A stretch of 64,000 nt of DNA from Zygnema circumcarinatum SAG 698-1b (Eukaryota > Plantae > Zygnematophyceae): positions 2,914,001-2,978,000 of the forward strand of contig CM074804.1 in the NCBI GenBank assembly GCA_037447605.1, given 5' to 3'. The translations under genes were made by a program, and so were the position numbers. Shown here piece after piece: positions 21,645 through 35,214 of the stretch; the first letter of the stretch is position 1; each line of letters starts with the position of its first letter. The notes below the pieces were generated by a model. The model searched no databases. It was not told the DNA's origin and saw only the letters and a list, made by a program, of their open reading frames with translations.

Positions 21645-24600
21645 GAAAATTGATGGGAGAGAAGTGTTGGACGCTTCTGCCTTTCTGTCGGACGGGATGT
21701 TTTACTTTTGAGAGATTTGGGAGATTAGTTTTGCCTCTGGACGACTTGATGTGAAAGTGGTGAATTGTACAGTGGAAGGTGGAGCCCGGAATACAGCGAA
21801 GAGTGGGTTCACTTTGATGTCCAGATTTTGTCCTACAGCTGTAAATAGGCCTGTGGAGGAACGGAACAATTCTTTTTCGTTTTTGACCTTAAAAGTGAAC
21901 AGAAAGGTAGTGAGGCGTAGATGCTGCAGCTAAGTAGGAGCAGGTTCATTTGGGTGCCTTGCCTTGTAGGCGTCCTCCTTTGTTTGTCCTGTTTCTAGGT
22001 TTCTTCTTGCTGTAAGCTGTAATTTGGCGCCGCTCCTGAAACGAGGCAGGCGAGAGGGAGCTCTCGAGGTTCGCTCTGTAACGCTTGAATCGGAGGGCTA
22101 GAATGAGGAGGGAGTCCTGATGACGGATGGGGAGTGATTCCCTTTCCAGAATGCAGATGTCTTAGTCGACGAGATAACTTCTGTCAATCGTTAATTGAGT
22201 GAAGTTTTACGACCTTGGCAACTTTGTTGGTTATGTCTGCCTTCCATCTTTTCTTCGTCTTCCCGTCTGCCCTCGCCGTCCACCCTTTCTCCCCCCGTAC
22301 TTTCCTCCCTTTACCTCACTCTCCTCCAGTCTCCACTGCTGTCGTCCCCTCTCACACTCGTGATTTATGTGTATAATGTATGACTAACTTCTCCTTTCAC
22401 GCCTGAGTGACATCTGCTCACATCAAAGCTGTCAGCCGACAATTACTGACACCGAATAGAGGTAGTTCCAAGGCAAGGGGATTGCTCCAACCGACCTATA
22501 TAGTTTAAACACGTACAGGGTTGTTGATTAACTCTGATTATACCAATTTGATAACTCTACCAACACGAACGTTTCTTTAATCACATCTCCATTCTCCAGA
22601 TATAGAGGGTAGACAAAACTCCAAAACATGGTTCATGATTTTTACGGAGCATTCGAAAAGAGCACTATCCGAGAGACCACCCAACATATATACCTCCCGG
22701 CATCGATTGATACAACCCACGGAATCCCAAATCCGAGAGAGAGAGCGCGCGCGAGAGAGAGATAGAGGGAGAGAGTGCAGAGCAGAGAGAGAGCATCGCT
22801 TTAAAAGATATTCCTCCGAAAACGTTAGGACAGCATGCAAGAGAGTCCCACTACAGAGCTTTACAGGAAAACAATGTACAGGGAGCAGCTGCAAAGCCTC
22901 TTCAACTTAGTCTGTGTGGCACAGCAGGGCCTTTGGACATCCCCAACCGCGTCTCCATCACTGTGTGCAGATCAACGGTGGATCCATACTCAGAGTCTCG
23001 CGGATCTGCAAAGTATTAAAAAAAAAAAAGGAAAAACATCAGGTTCAACAAGGATCATAATACCGAGAAGACAAATGAGAACACTGGATGACAATACAGG
23101 AATAAGGACATCCTTGCTGAGGCAAAGAGATTGGTTCAACAAAGAGATTGACAAAGAGCCTTAGGCTGTTTTTTGACAGATAACAATGAAAGAAGAAATA
23201 GAAAAAAAAAAAAGAACGAGAAGAAAGAAAAGAAGAAGAATAGAAATGCGGATTTAAGGTTAAACTTACCGCCAAGATAGTCTTCGAATCCGAATTCCTC
23301 CAAGGAACCAGTGAGGGACTCCAAGCCAACAAAGGAAGAGGGAAGCCCGGGAAGACGCAGTGACCTAAATTCAAGCAAAAAAAACGCAATAGCCATCAAA
23401 TAAGAAAGGCCTCGCTCCGATTATCACACAACCTCCCTCCCTCGTCGATAACTTCCAGATACATATTCCAAAATTATTATGTCCTAAGCCAGGCCTTAAG
23501 GGGAAAGCAGAAGGCAAAGCAAGGCATGCTTTCACATGATGGGAGATGTAGTAACAAGTACTTTGTCACTTAAAAAAAAACTGTGTCACAGCGACAAAAT
23601 AATGGAAAAGAACAGACAGACACGAAAGAGATTGAAAAGGAGCATGAAAGCAGATGAAACACGAACAAATATACCTGGACAATATTTGCCGCTCTATGTC
23701 CATCTTCATGGGAAATGCAGATCCGTACACCCGTTGAAGAAGCATTCGTTTTGTTTGAGCTCGTTGAGCAGCAGTCTGCAACACCAGCAGCATATTTAGT
23801 TTGTGCAGAGCGTTGTTGGCTTACTGATGGAGTAGCGTACAAAACCATAACTCTAACCTAATCCTAACCTTAACCTAACACTAATCTGGAATTTGACCCA
23901 GGGAGGGTAGGGCCTCCTCATGTGGTAGGTGCTTGTAAAGAAGAGACGTCGTGCCGTGCGACTGAACCAAGACCGTAAATTACCATTTACCCATTTCTTG
24001 GCAAATAGTTCAAAAGGTGAATTAAACCCTAATCGATGGACGACAAAGGTTCAGGGTTTTCAGGAACTTCAGGGAATTCAGAGTTGATGAGTTCACAAAA
24101 AATGTTAGGAAGGGCTTAAATTCTAAGATTTAGGGTTTACCTTTGCAATGATCGCTTGCACGGGATGTGCAGGGGTAGCCTCACTTTTGAAAGAGGGAAT
24201 GCCGAACCGGAGAGCGTCATGGGGGGCTTCCAGATGCGGCAAAGATGGCTCCGAATTCTGCAATAATTCACGTCGCTGCTAAGGCTTACATTTACAAAGA
24301 TAAAAGCTAAAAGTTTGGAAATCTCAAAACTGATTGTCAAAGTTTCCGATACTGATGAAGGTAAGCTGATGATGTAACTGATGAAGGTGAGGTCAATTAG
24401 CAGCAGCAAGCATATTATTATTCAGGGACTCTGCTGGCGGGTGCCAAGTATTTGACATATTTGGGTTGGGAGAGGGGTCTTTCATGGTGGGCTTTTACTC
24501 AAGGGATGGTTACAAGATAGAAATATACATAGTGGCACACCATACTGAATCTCTTAGTCATGCAGAAGAACAGTTTCATGAGATGATTGGCTTACGTATA

Positions 24601-25172
24601 ATCATGTTCTTGAGAAGAGGTTAGACATATGCATTCGACGTAAAAACAAAAAAAACACTCACATGTCCAGTTTCAATCCATATCTAGTGTAAGCGTTATC
24701 TCAAAAGCCCAGATTTCATTTTATCAGGTGTAAAAAAATCTTCAGTTCGAAACCCTAAAATGCGTGTATTCGACCAAGGGGATCAAGAAGACATGTAAAA
24801 GCATCTGAAACTATTTTCAAGTTTCAGATGCTTTAAAAAAAAAAACGATATATTCAACCTCATTCGAGCACACCGCGAGCTGTTGGCTTCAGGCTCCTCT
24901 ATGCAACCAAAAAAAATTGATGAAGGCGATTTTTGTTATGCCATACATAGAAATTACATAAGGAAGAAATAGAACCCGAAGCACAACATGCTAAATTCAG
25001 CCATACGTGGCCGATAGGAGGAGCATGACGCTCACCATGGCTGCTGCAAAGGACGATGCAGACCACGACCGCCCGCCCGTCTGCACTTAGCACTGCAGTA
25101 GTAGGAAGCCGTGCTTTGTAGATCTGGAGGAATATTGTAATAAATTTTTAGCTTTGTTCTCCGAAACCACAA

Positions 25173-25245
25173 GCCGGCCTAGCTCAGTTGGTAGAGCGCA
25201 AGGCTCTTAACCTTGTGGTCGAGGGTTCGAGCCCCTCGGCCGGCG
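25173..25245 (+). tRNA. trnK-CUU: tRNA-Lys, anticodon CUU
   Basis: Acceptor stem GCCGGCC/GGCCGGC, D-arm with AGTTGGTAGAGC, anticodon arm CAAGG-CTCTTAA-CCTTG, T-arm GAGGG-TTCGAGC-CCCTC. 73 nt, no intron. Confidence 0.97.
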
Positions 25246-25470
25246 CATTCGGGTATTGGCAGACATGCGATTAGACCTTTTTCTTTTTACTCGTTCACAT
25301 TTCATTTATTTTTTTGGACGAGGCGCTGAGCCTCCAATCCCTTTCCGCCGACCGTTCCAGTCAATACTTACGATACGATATCTAAAGTATCGTCCTCCGT
25401 ATCGCCTTGCTGCCCTGCCCTGCCTTCCAGGGAGGGCGTCCACGAGGGTGGGCATCAGGACAGGGCAAGC

Positions 25471-28400
25471 ATGGCCATGGCCATGGCGGCGCTTCCTTCG
25501 CTCGGACCTCCTCGTCTTCTCTACCTCTCCCAGCCGTCTTCGTTCTCGGGTGCCTCTCTCCCGTTCCCTCCTCGCCACTGCAGCTGGACAGGTTGGTTCT
25601 CTCCCTCGATCCCTCTCGTCCCTTGCTTTGAATCCTCTTTTAAATTTCTGTCAGGATGGGCGTGATTGATTGTCTTGCATTTTATAAGCAGAAAATGGGA
25701 CAGGAAGTTGATATTTCCGAGTCAAGGTTTGACAGTTAGGCGGTAATGTTAAATAAGAGGCGTCGAATTGGAATTTTGTGGTCTGCTGTCTAGGGTTACA
25801 GTGGAAGCCGCCTTATTGTAATCTAGTTTTTGTCGAGATACAGACATTACAGGGAAGCAAGGGGGATTTTTGTATCGTTTGTTTCAAGAATGATGTAAGA
25901 GTGGAAATCATGCATATGATGATGTAGTCCTGCATCGCGATGGCATTGTTAAATGTCGGTCGTATGTGGAAATTCTTTTCATCGAACGAGTCAACAATCA
26001 GTATCTTATTATTTTTGCTGTTAAATGGTGGCGTTGCGACTCCCATTCACATGTTCTTGGTAGAATTTCAAACTCCTAGAATATATAAAGCGTCAAGTGA
26101 TAACCGAAACGTTCTCCTTTCTAACGAGCGCCAATTTTTCTACCCGTTATTTTTTTTTGAACTGGACGACATACACCACCTGTAGAAGTCCTAACGTTCT
26201 TCAGTCGTTTTTTCCTGAGTGAGAACCAGTGTAAAGAGACATTTCATGCAAACTTCAAGATGTTGAATTTCCTGCTCCTCCCTCTCCCTTCCTCTCGTTC
26301 TCTTTCCCTCGTTCTCCCCATCCCCTTCCCCCAACTTTCGCCTTTGACTCTTTTTCTAGCCCTACACTCTCTCTACAGTCCTTCCTTTGTTCTTTTCCCT
26401 CCTCCCCTCTCCCCTCCCTAACCCACCTTTTTTTTCTCTCAGGAAAAGCACAACGCTGGTCGTGTCGGAGACAAGTGCTGACTTCCGCCTCCACTGGAGA
26501 GAACTCTCCCTCGTCATCTTCTCCCTCCCCCCCTTCACAAAATCACTCCACACATGGAAGCACTTTATCCAATGGAGACCTTCCCACTCTCTCCGAGCAC
26601 ACTCCCTCTTCAGAATTAACTGAAGACCCTAATCCTTCCAGTCCTAATGCTCGTCCCTGGCAGTCAATTTCGAATTTCTCTCCCACTTCTTCTACCGTCT
26701 CTCCCTCTCCTGATGACTCCGACCTCCCACGTCAGCTGATCACATTTGTAGCCATTGTTGGAGTCTTGGAAACAGCCTACTTAACGTATGAAAAATTTCT
26801 TGGAAGCGCTGTGTTTTGCCCCGTGGGAGGATCTTGCAATGGAGTTCTCGACAGCCCTTGGGGAACCGTTCTAGGTGTGAACACTTCCTTATTTGTGAAC
26901 TACCAGCTTTGGAGGAACTTGCTTAGGTGCGAACGCCCTTTTTCTGCCCATTGGGGGAGGCTTTTTGAAGATAATTGAATTTTCTGCTTGTGAGCTATAC
27001 GAGGTGCTTTTGTCCCATGTTTTGCTTAAGGTTTCTGCAACGGATTGTATTTCAGCAATTAAGTACCTTTTTATTTCTTTCCAAAATTCACTTTTTCCAA
27101 GCCTTCATTTCAACTCAATGCAGGACCCTTTTCCTGAAACAGAAACTTCTCTCACTCCTCCCTCCCTCTTCTGTCTCGACCTGCTGCAGGCCTCCCTCTC
27201 TCCCTCTATGGCTTGGGAGCATATTCTGCAGCCGCGCTTCTTGCTCAAACTGCACAGTCTAATCCAACAAATTCAGCACTGCACAATGTTCCAAAAAATC
27301 TTCTTTTGGGCCTCACTTCAGTCATGGCTGCCACAAGTGCATATCTTATGTACATACTGAATACGGAACTGGAAGGCATGTCCTGCGTGTACTGCCTGCT
27401 GTCAGCGTTCCTCTCTGCCTCTCTCTTCTTCTGCACGCTTAGGGTGAGCTTCTGGAGACTTCCCTATAGTTTATAGACAAAATTAAAATTGTCATTTTAC
27501 ACCGTATGAAGGTTTTCTACTGTGCCTTATTGTACTCATTGGCTTAGTTGCATGTATGTGTGCTCTTTGCTGTGGTAAATCACAGCACAACGATGATTGA
27601 ACTTCAATAACAGACACCATTTCAAGTGCAGAAAGCCTAGTAAAGTCAATTTCATGTAGGAGCAATGCTGCAAGGTGGCGAGCAGGGAATCGCTGTCCTG
27701 GAAATCCTATTTCTTTCAATACTCTATGAATATTCCCATACCCTGAACCCTTACTTTCCGAGTCCCCGCCTGCAGGGGTTCTCCTGGCGGTCGCTCCGGC
27801 AGGTCTGGGCGCCGCAGGCGGGCCTCTCCCTCCTCGTGGTTTGCGCGTACGCCCTCGCAGTGGCCGGCGGCGATGTCAGGTCCGCCCTCGCAGGGTGCGT
27901 GTGCTGGCAACGGGGGCCCTGCTGCATGACGTGACGTGACGTGACAGAGGGGAGAGAAGGAAGGAGAGTGATGGAGGTGGTGTGTAGTGTGACGTGACGT
28001 GCTGTGCTGTGATGCAGCGAGGGAGGAAATGAAATGGTATTGGGTAGTGGAATGGTGTTTCTCAATGATATGTGTTGAACTTGATGTTGTGCCGTTGTTA
28101 TGTGGAGTTTTCAACGTTTCCATGGTTGACTTGCTGTGGCAGTTCCAACGAAATCGACCTCCCTCCCATAGAACCGCAAGTATCAACGGTGTCGACTGCG
28201 CCAAGTGTCGCGCTGGCGAGGCATCTGCAGACAATTGGGGCCAAAATGTACGGAGCGTTTTGGTGTTCGCACTGCTTTGAGCAAAAGCAGGTACGCGGAA
28301 CTTGCATTGAGGAAATTGGGGGAGTCTCTTTCATATCCTGAATGCCGTAGAGCATTAGAAACTCTGACGTCTTCTAGATCATGATGTGAATTGAGGCACA

Positions 28401-29193
28401 TGTTCTTGAGGCGAGAGTTGGGTGGGGGAGAGAATAGGAGAAGGAGCAGAAGAGAGAGGGAGCGAGCGGGAGAGGGAGTGAGCTCACTATGCAGCCTATT
28501 GCGGGTGTTTGTAAGCAGATGTTTGGGCAGGAGGCCATGAAATTTGTTGACTATGTGGAGTGCTACCCGGAGGGATACCGCCGGGGGGTCGAGTTGGCCC
28601 CTGCCTGTGTGGCTGCCCAAATTGAAGGATTCCCAACATGGGTCGTAAATGGGAAGGTAAGGAGGGAAGAAACGTTTTCATTAGATTTTTTTTTTTTTTT
28701 TTTCTTTAAGGTGCAGTTTATGTGGGAAGAGCCAATCCGCTTCTACAGCTCTAGCAAAGCACGAGAAAGTGGAAAGTTTGAACTTGGAGTTTCGAGAGGT
28801 TTGAAGGAAGTGCTTAAAGTCGAAAGAACTTTCGGCATGTCCCAAAATTTGAGTTTTCTGGAAGGCGGAATATTGAAAAGAATAGTGCGAATCTTAGGAA
28901 TTCCAGTTCGATCCTGGAACTGAATGTGAAACCGTTTGAAAGCCTGAAATCATGGAAGAACTATTCCACTCCGAAACCGGATTGAAGTTTTGAAATTCCG
29001 AAAAACCCGGACGAAGTCTCTAGGGTTTTTAGATCTCCTTTGACAAGAGGTAAACCATCAAAATGTTGACAATGACCGATTTTTTTTTTGGTTGGGGGGG
29101 GGGGGTTGGTGGAGACAGGTGCTTCCTGGGGAGCAGGACTTGGAGCAGCTTGCTCAGGTTTCCGGATTTGACGTCACACCATACGCTGATTAA
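25471..29193 (+). CDS. LTO1: Thylakoid thiol-disulfide oxidoreductase LTO1 (VKOR plus thioredoxin-like fusion); 7 exons
   Basis: Exons 25471-25591, 26443-26874, 27190-27443, 27776-27894, 28143-28290, 28519-28656 and 29119-29193. Loop Cys pair CPVGGSC, VKOR CVYC, Trx motif YGAFWCSHC, YVECYPEG, IEGFPTW; Ser-rich transit peptide. Confidence 0.95.
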
Positions 29194-29764
29194 AGTGTTC
29201 TTCAACATCGATGGCGGAAATGTTTCTTGACGTTTTCTCTGGGTAATGGATTAAGATTGCCAGTCACTGTTTCCTTGTATATCCGGTTTTATCTTTTAGT
29301 GTTTTTTACTATATAGGCCCTGGTTTATAGTTTTTGGGATAAACCCCGGTAGGAATGAATGCATGCTGGGGCTTACCGTCGACGTATGGCGGTGGGTCCA
29401 ATGTGCGCATGTTCTGTGTGAAGCACAGCGTGAGTTTTGGAGAAAGCAGTTAGACCTGCACATGGAGCACAAGCAGGAAAATCATTTTGGAAGGAGAGGG
29501 GAACTTGACTTCTGAATTAATGGAGAAGAAACCAGAAAAGATGCCACGCTTCAAGTCCGGTTTTGTCCAATAGTGGACCAAGGACTGTTCGACCCAAAAT
29601 GTGCATACTTTGACAAATGGGTCCTACATTCCTCCTTTCGGAGAATTTAAAAAAAAAAGGGAAGATATGAGTGTTGTAGTTGTGTCAACGGCTTTGAAAA
29701 AGATAAAAACGACAAGAGAACATGTTTACAGAAGCTCCTATGAAACCCATGTAAACACGAACAG

Positions 29765-29881
29765 CAGGCCTCTACAATTAAGGGAATTCCCTTAAAATGT
29801 GTATAAATGTTTTTAAGGGAAATTTTGATATTTTCTAAGGGATGTTAAGGGTATATATTGCAAAACACCTTAAAAACACCC
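29765..29881 (+). mobile_element. hAT-like left end, truncated where the long inverted-repeat complex begins
   Basis: CAGGCCTCTACAATTAAGGGAATTCCCTTAA resembles the TIRs at 10833 and 12481. Confidence 0.55.
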
Positions 29882-30599
29882 AAAATAACAGGCTGCGGAT
29901 CAAGATCCTCGTGCGTTGACTTTTTATAGAAATGTCTTCGAACCTTAATTATGTGAAGTGAACTGAAACGGAAACTGATCGAACACATAAGCTGAATGGG
30001 TACGCGATATACCCCATTTTCTGCGCATTCAATTCAATGAAACGTACAACCAATCAGGTCGCGCGACGTGGCAACGTCAGACTTGCGGCAACTATACCCC
30101 ATTTTCTTTAAATTCATCTTTGACAACCTAATCGAATCCGTAGGTCACATAAAACATTCAAATCGAACGCTGTCGTACGTAGAAAACGACACTTGGCAAT
30201 GACTAAATGGTTACGCGATATACCCCATTTTCTGCGCATTCGATCCAACGAAAAGCACAACAAATCCGGACGCGCGACGTTGCAACGTCAGACTCGTGGC
30301 AACTATACCCCATTTTCATTAAATTCTTTTTTTAGCCTGGTATGTTGGAGCTGTGATTAATTTGACCAACACCATAACCAATAGGGGGGTAACACCATAA
30401 CCGTTTCGGGCGTTGTCAACCGAACCATTCCAAATCTTGCGTGTCCCGTGTTTGACAGAACAAGCTGTTACGGTTTACCAACCCACCCCGGTACAAACAT
30501 GCCGTTTCGGGCATTGTCAACCGACAATCACAATCCCCCGATTACGAAAACCGTACAAAAAAGGGCCACATCCTCGTCCAAAAGACGATTGTCCGAATA

Positions 30600-31133
30600 C
30601 AGTGGGGGGTCCTCGTATTTACCACCCCAAGGAGTGCGTCCTCAATATTTTCGCCCCGATTTTGCCGAAACCACTTTTTTGTACGGTAACTTGTGTTAGC
30701 CGTACTTTCCGTATCGTTCGTACTGTCCGTACTGTTCGTACTATCTGTACTAGCCGTTACGGGCTTACGCAAAACGCACCTAATCTCCCCGCTCGTGCCG
30801 CCGTAAGAGGCGCTCGCTCTTCTCCCCGTCTTCTTGATTTCGATACGATACGATACGATACGATATTGTCAATACGATACGAAACTCCCCGATGGTTGGA
30901 TGACGACAGTATGTACGACAGTATATGCGTCACGATATGTCACGATACGATACGATGTTAAATGATACAACACGATACGGTACGATATGGTATGGTACGA
31001 TACGTACGGTTAAACATGAACTCTAACAGAATACCGCCCGTCTATTCGTAACACGAACCTTATATATGCAAATTTAATATTTTCGCCTCATTTTGCCCGG
31101 AACCAGGGTGGAAAATATGAGGACCCCCTACTG
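30600..31133. mobile_element. Tc1/mariner-type MITE (copy 1)
   Basis: Imperfect TIR CAGTGGGGGGTCCTCGTATTT / AAATATGAGGACCCCCTACTG with TA flanks. Interior homologous to 10623-12000. Confidence 0.8.
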
Positions 31134-31799
31134 TACTGTAGGGAGTCCTCGTATTTACCGCCCTAAGGAGTGCGTCCTCAAGAAATTCGCCCCGATTTTG
31201 CCGAAACCACCTTTTTGTACGGTAACTTCGTGTTACCGTACAGTCAACAGTCATCTTATTTTCGCCATGGTTTTGGCAAATATGAGGCGAAAATATTGAT
31301 TTTTGNNNNNNNNNNGACGTTCCGACGTTGACGTTCGACGACCGACCTACAGATTGACTGCCGTACAGATTCTCTGTCCGTCAGGTCCCCTTCGCCATTT
31401 TCCGGCTGCTACATGAGTGGTCCACGTGGCGCCACTTGATTCGTAGCCNNNNNNNNNNAACAAATCCGGACGCGCGACGTTGCAACGTCAGACTCGTGGC
31501 AACTATACCCCATTTTCATTAAATTCTTTTTTTAGCCTGGTATGTTGGAGCTGTGATTAATTTGACCAACACCATAACCAATAGGGGGGTAACACCATAA
31601 CCGTTTCGGGCGTTGTCAACCGAACCATTCCAAATCTTGCGTGTCCCGTGTTTGACAGAACAAGCTGTTACGGTTTACCAACCCACCCCGGTACAAACAT
31701 GCCGTTTCGGGCATTGTCAACCGACAATCACAATCCCCCGATTACGAAAACCGTACAAAAAAGGGCCACATCCTCGTCCAAAAGACGATTGTCCGAATA

Positions 31800-32357
31800 C
31801 AGTGGGGGGTCCTCGTATTTACCACCCCAAGGAGTGCGTCCTCAATATTTTCGCCCCGATTTTGCCGAAACCACTTTTTTGTACGGTAACTTGTGTTAGC
31901 CGTACTTTCCGTATCGTTCGTACTGTCCGTACTGTCCGTACTGTCTGTACTAGCCGTTACGGGCTTACGCAAAACGCACCTAATCTCCCCGCTCGTGCCG
32001 CCGTAAGAGGCGCTCGCTCTTCTCCCTGTCTTCTTGACTTCGATACGATACGATACGATACGATATTTTCAATACGATATGATATGATACGGTCAATACG
32101 ATACGAAACTCCCCGATGGTTGGATGACGACAGTATGTACGACATCATATGCGTCACGATATGTCACGATACGATACGATTCTAAATGATACAGTACGAA
32201 ACGGTACGATATGGTACGGTACGATACGTACGAATCAACATGAACTCTAACATAATACCGCCCGTCTATTCGTAACACGAACCTTATATATGCAAATTTA
32301 ATATTTTCGCCTCATTTTGCCCGGAACCAGGGTGGAAAATATGAGGACCCCCTACTG
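31800..32357. mobile_element. Tc1/mariner-type MITE (copy 2)
   Basis: Same TIRs and TA flanks; followed by TACTGTA. Confidence 0.8.
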
Positions 32358-32967
32358 TACTGTAGAGCCGTTTCGTGCCGGTACGGTGACGTCGACGACG
32401 TTCCGACGTTGACGTTCGACGACCGACCTACAGATTGACTGCCGTACAGATTCTCTGTCCGTCAGGTCCCCTTCGCCATTTTCCGGCTGCTACATGAGTG
32501 GTCCACGTGGCGCCACTTGATTCGTAGCCGACATTCTGAAGCGACTCTGACTCTTCGTTCCGCCGCTTCGTGCACCACCGTTGATCTCCATCCGTCGCGC
32601 CACATGTCGCGCGCTCCACGCTCCGCACTCGCGCCGCGACCAATCAGCGCTCCGCTGGCCGAGGGAGGTTAGATTTGTACCGTGATGAAGTGACAGATAT
32701 TCCACGTAGCTTGGCACAGCAGAAACCAACGACGTCCAAGNNNNNNNNNNAGGGGGGTAACACCATAACCGTTTCGGGCGTTGTCAACCGAACCATTCCA
32801 AATCTTGCGTGTCCCGTGTTTGACAGAACAAGCTGTTACGGTTTACCAACCCACCCCGGTACAAACATGCCGTTTCGGGCATTGTCAACCGACAATCACA
32901 ATCCCCCGATTACGAAAACCGTACAAAAAAGGGCCACATCCTCGTCCAAAAGACGATTGTCCGAATA

Positions 32968-33525
32968 CAGTGGGGGGTCCTCGTATTTACCACCCCAAGG
33001 AGTGCGTCCTCAATATTTTCGCCCCGATTTTGCCGAAACCACTTTTTTGTACGGTAACTTGTGTTAGCCGTACTTTCCGTATCGTTCGTACTGTCCGTAC
33101 TGTCCGTACTGTCTGTACTAGCCGTTACGGGCTTACGCAAAACGCACCTAATCTCCCCGCTCGTGCCGCCGTAAGAGGCGCTCGCTCTTCTCCCTGTCTT
33201 CTTGACTTCGATACGATACGATACGATACGATATTTTCAATACGATATGATATGATACGGTCAATACGATACGAAACTCCCCGATGGTTGGATGACGACA
33301 GTATGTACGACATCATATGCGTCACGATATGTCACGATACGATACGATTCTAAATGATACAGTACGAAACGGTACGATATGGTACGGTACGATACGTACG
33401 AATCAACATGAACTCTAACATAATACCGCCCGTCTATTCGTAACACGAACCTTATATATGCAAATTTAATATTTTCGCCTCATTTTGCCCGGAACCAGGG
33501 TGGAAAATATGAGGACCCCCTACTG
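32968..33525. mobile_element. Tc1/mariner-type MITE (copy 3; apparently identical to copy 2, possibly an assembly duplicate)
   Basis: Same TIRs. The surrounding 1.15 kb looks identical to copy 2 and is separated from it by a 10-N gap. Confidence 0.7.
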
Positions 33526-35214
33526 TACTGTAGAGCCGTTTCGTGCCGGTACGGTGACGTCGACGACGTTCCGACGTTGACGTTCGACGACCGACCTACA
33601 GATTGACTGCCGTACAGATTCTCTGTCCGTCAGGTCCCCTTCGCCATTTTCCGGCTGCTACATGAGTGGTCCACGTGGCGCCACTTGATTCGTAGCCGAC
33701 ATTCTGAAGCGACTCTGACTCTTCGTTCCGCCGCTTCGTGCACCACCGTTGATCTCCATCCGTCGCGCCACATGTCGCGCGCTCCACGCTCCGCACTCGC
33801 GCCGCGACCAATCAGCGCTCCGCTGGCCGAGGGAGGTTAGATTTGTACCGTGATGAAGTGACAGATATTCCACGTAGCTTGGCACAGCAGAAACCAACGA
33901 CGTCCAAGCCGAACTGAACGCAAATGATCAACGAACAAAACTATTTGTTAAGTCCATACAACCAATGTATAAGCGTTTAAACTCACGAGAGAATGGTGGA
34001 AGGGCCGAAGGGGAAGAAGTTGAAGAGGGTGTTGAAGAAGGATGGAGGCTACTAGCCCAACAAGTCGGCCGGTCGGTCTGTCGGTCTGTCGGCCGATCTA
34101 CGTGAGTCCGTCGTCGGTCGGTCACGTCGGCCCGGTCACGTGAATGCAATGCTGTCGATCATCTGTCCGGTCTGTCCGGTCGGTCTACGTAGTCAGGTCA
34201 CATCAATCCACTTTGTCGGTCTGTCGGCGATCCGCTGATCCTGCAATACTTTAAGGTGGTCATATGGAAATTATTTAAATTGTCGGCCAGTCCGCCAGTC
34301 CTCTGGACTTTAAAGACTTGTCAAATGGAAATTATGAAAATTATGGAAATTCTGGAAAATATGGAAATCATCGAATAAGGTTCGTTCTTACGCTTACTTT
34401 CAAGTATTGTTTAGCAAATAACCCTGGATTGATTTCGGAAGGACCCGGTCTTGGAGATGATGATTTTCGCAAAGATAAAAAAAAGTCAGAATTATATGAT
34501 TATAATCAAAAAAAGGTTCGTACTTACACTCTCACTCATGTGTTCTATATCGAATAACCCTGGATTGATTTCAGAAGGACCCGGTCCTGGAGATAATGAT
34601 GTTCGGAAAGATCGAAAAACGTCACAATATATGATCCTAATCAAAAAAGGTTTGTACTTCACATTCCCATTCTTCACCTCATTCAGCAGCCTGTTTTTTT
34701 TTTTTTTTTTTTTNNNNNNNNNNCATGCAACAACCTTATTCAAACAACCTAAATAAACTACTTCGTGTCTTGCTATGCATAGTACATCCAGCCAGGCAAC
34801 GTACCAACACCACCGCACTAACCCAAATGGCCATGTACTCTACCGCCAAGCTGAACACCCCGCCGACACCCACAAGGACTAACTTCCGTACTCAAAGTAC
34901 GCTCCGCCGCCTCCACCGACTCCGCCGTCTCCCGCCGCCGCATCATTCCTCGATTCCGTACTCCAGGACCGATTCCTCGGAGCGGTACTGAATGTCGGAC
35001 TCATGGCCGTACTGTCCGTACTGTCGACTTTCCGTACTTTCCGTACTGTCCGTACAGTCTCTACCGGCAGCTTGGTCGGTCTCGCCTCCGCGCGCACGCT
35101 CTTGATTCAACAATGAAGTAAGTCCGCCCCCATACATCTCACACCTAGAAGCACACCCCTAGGAACTAAGCGCCAACACAAACATGCTAATCTGAACTAA
35201 CTATGTACACTAAC

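Noticed and set aside
22577-24450. Possible decayed retroelement or pseudogene
   Set aside because: Short interrupted frames and telomere-like motifs, but no RT, endonuclease, gag or other motif I can support.
27926-28000. (TGACG)n as-1-like repeats in an LTO1 intron
   Set aside because: Short pentamer microsatellite with no evidence of function.
30413-33353. Three near-identical 182-190 aa ORFs (MSTEPFQILRV...)
   Set aside because: They run through non-coding MITE and CGATA/CCGTAC repeats with no domain. Copies 2 and 3 look identical and are separated by 10-N gaps, so the triplication may be an assembly artefact.
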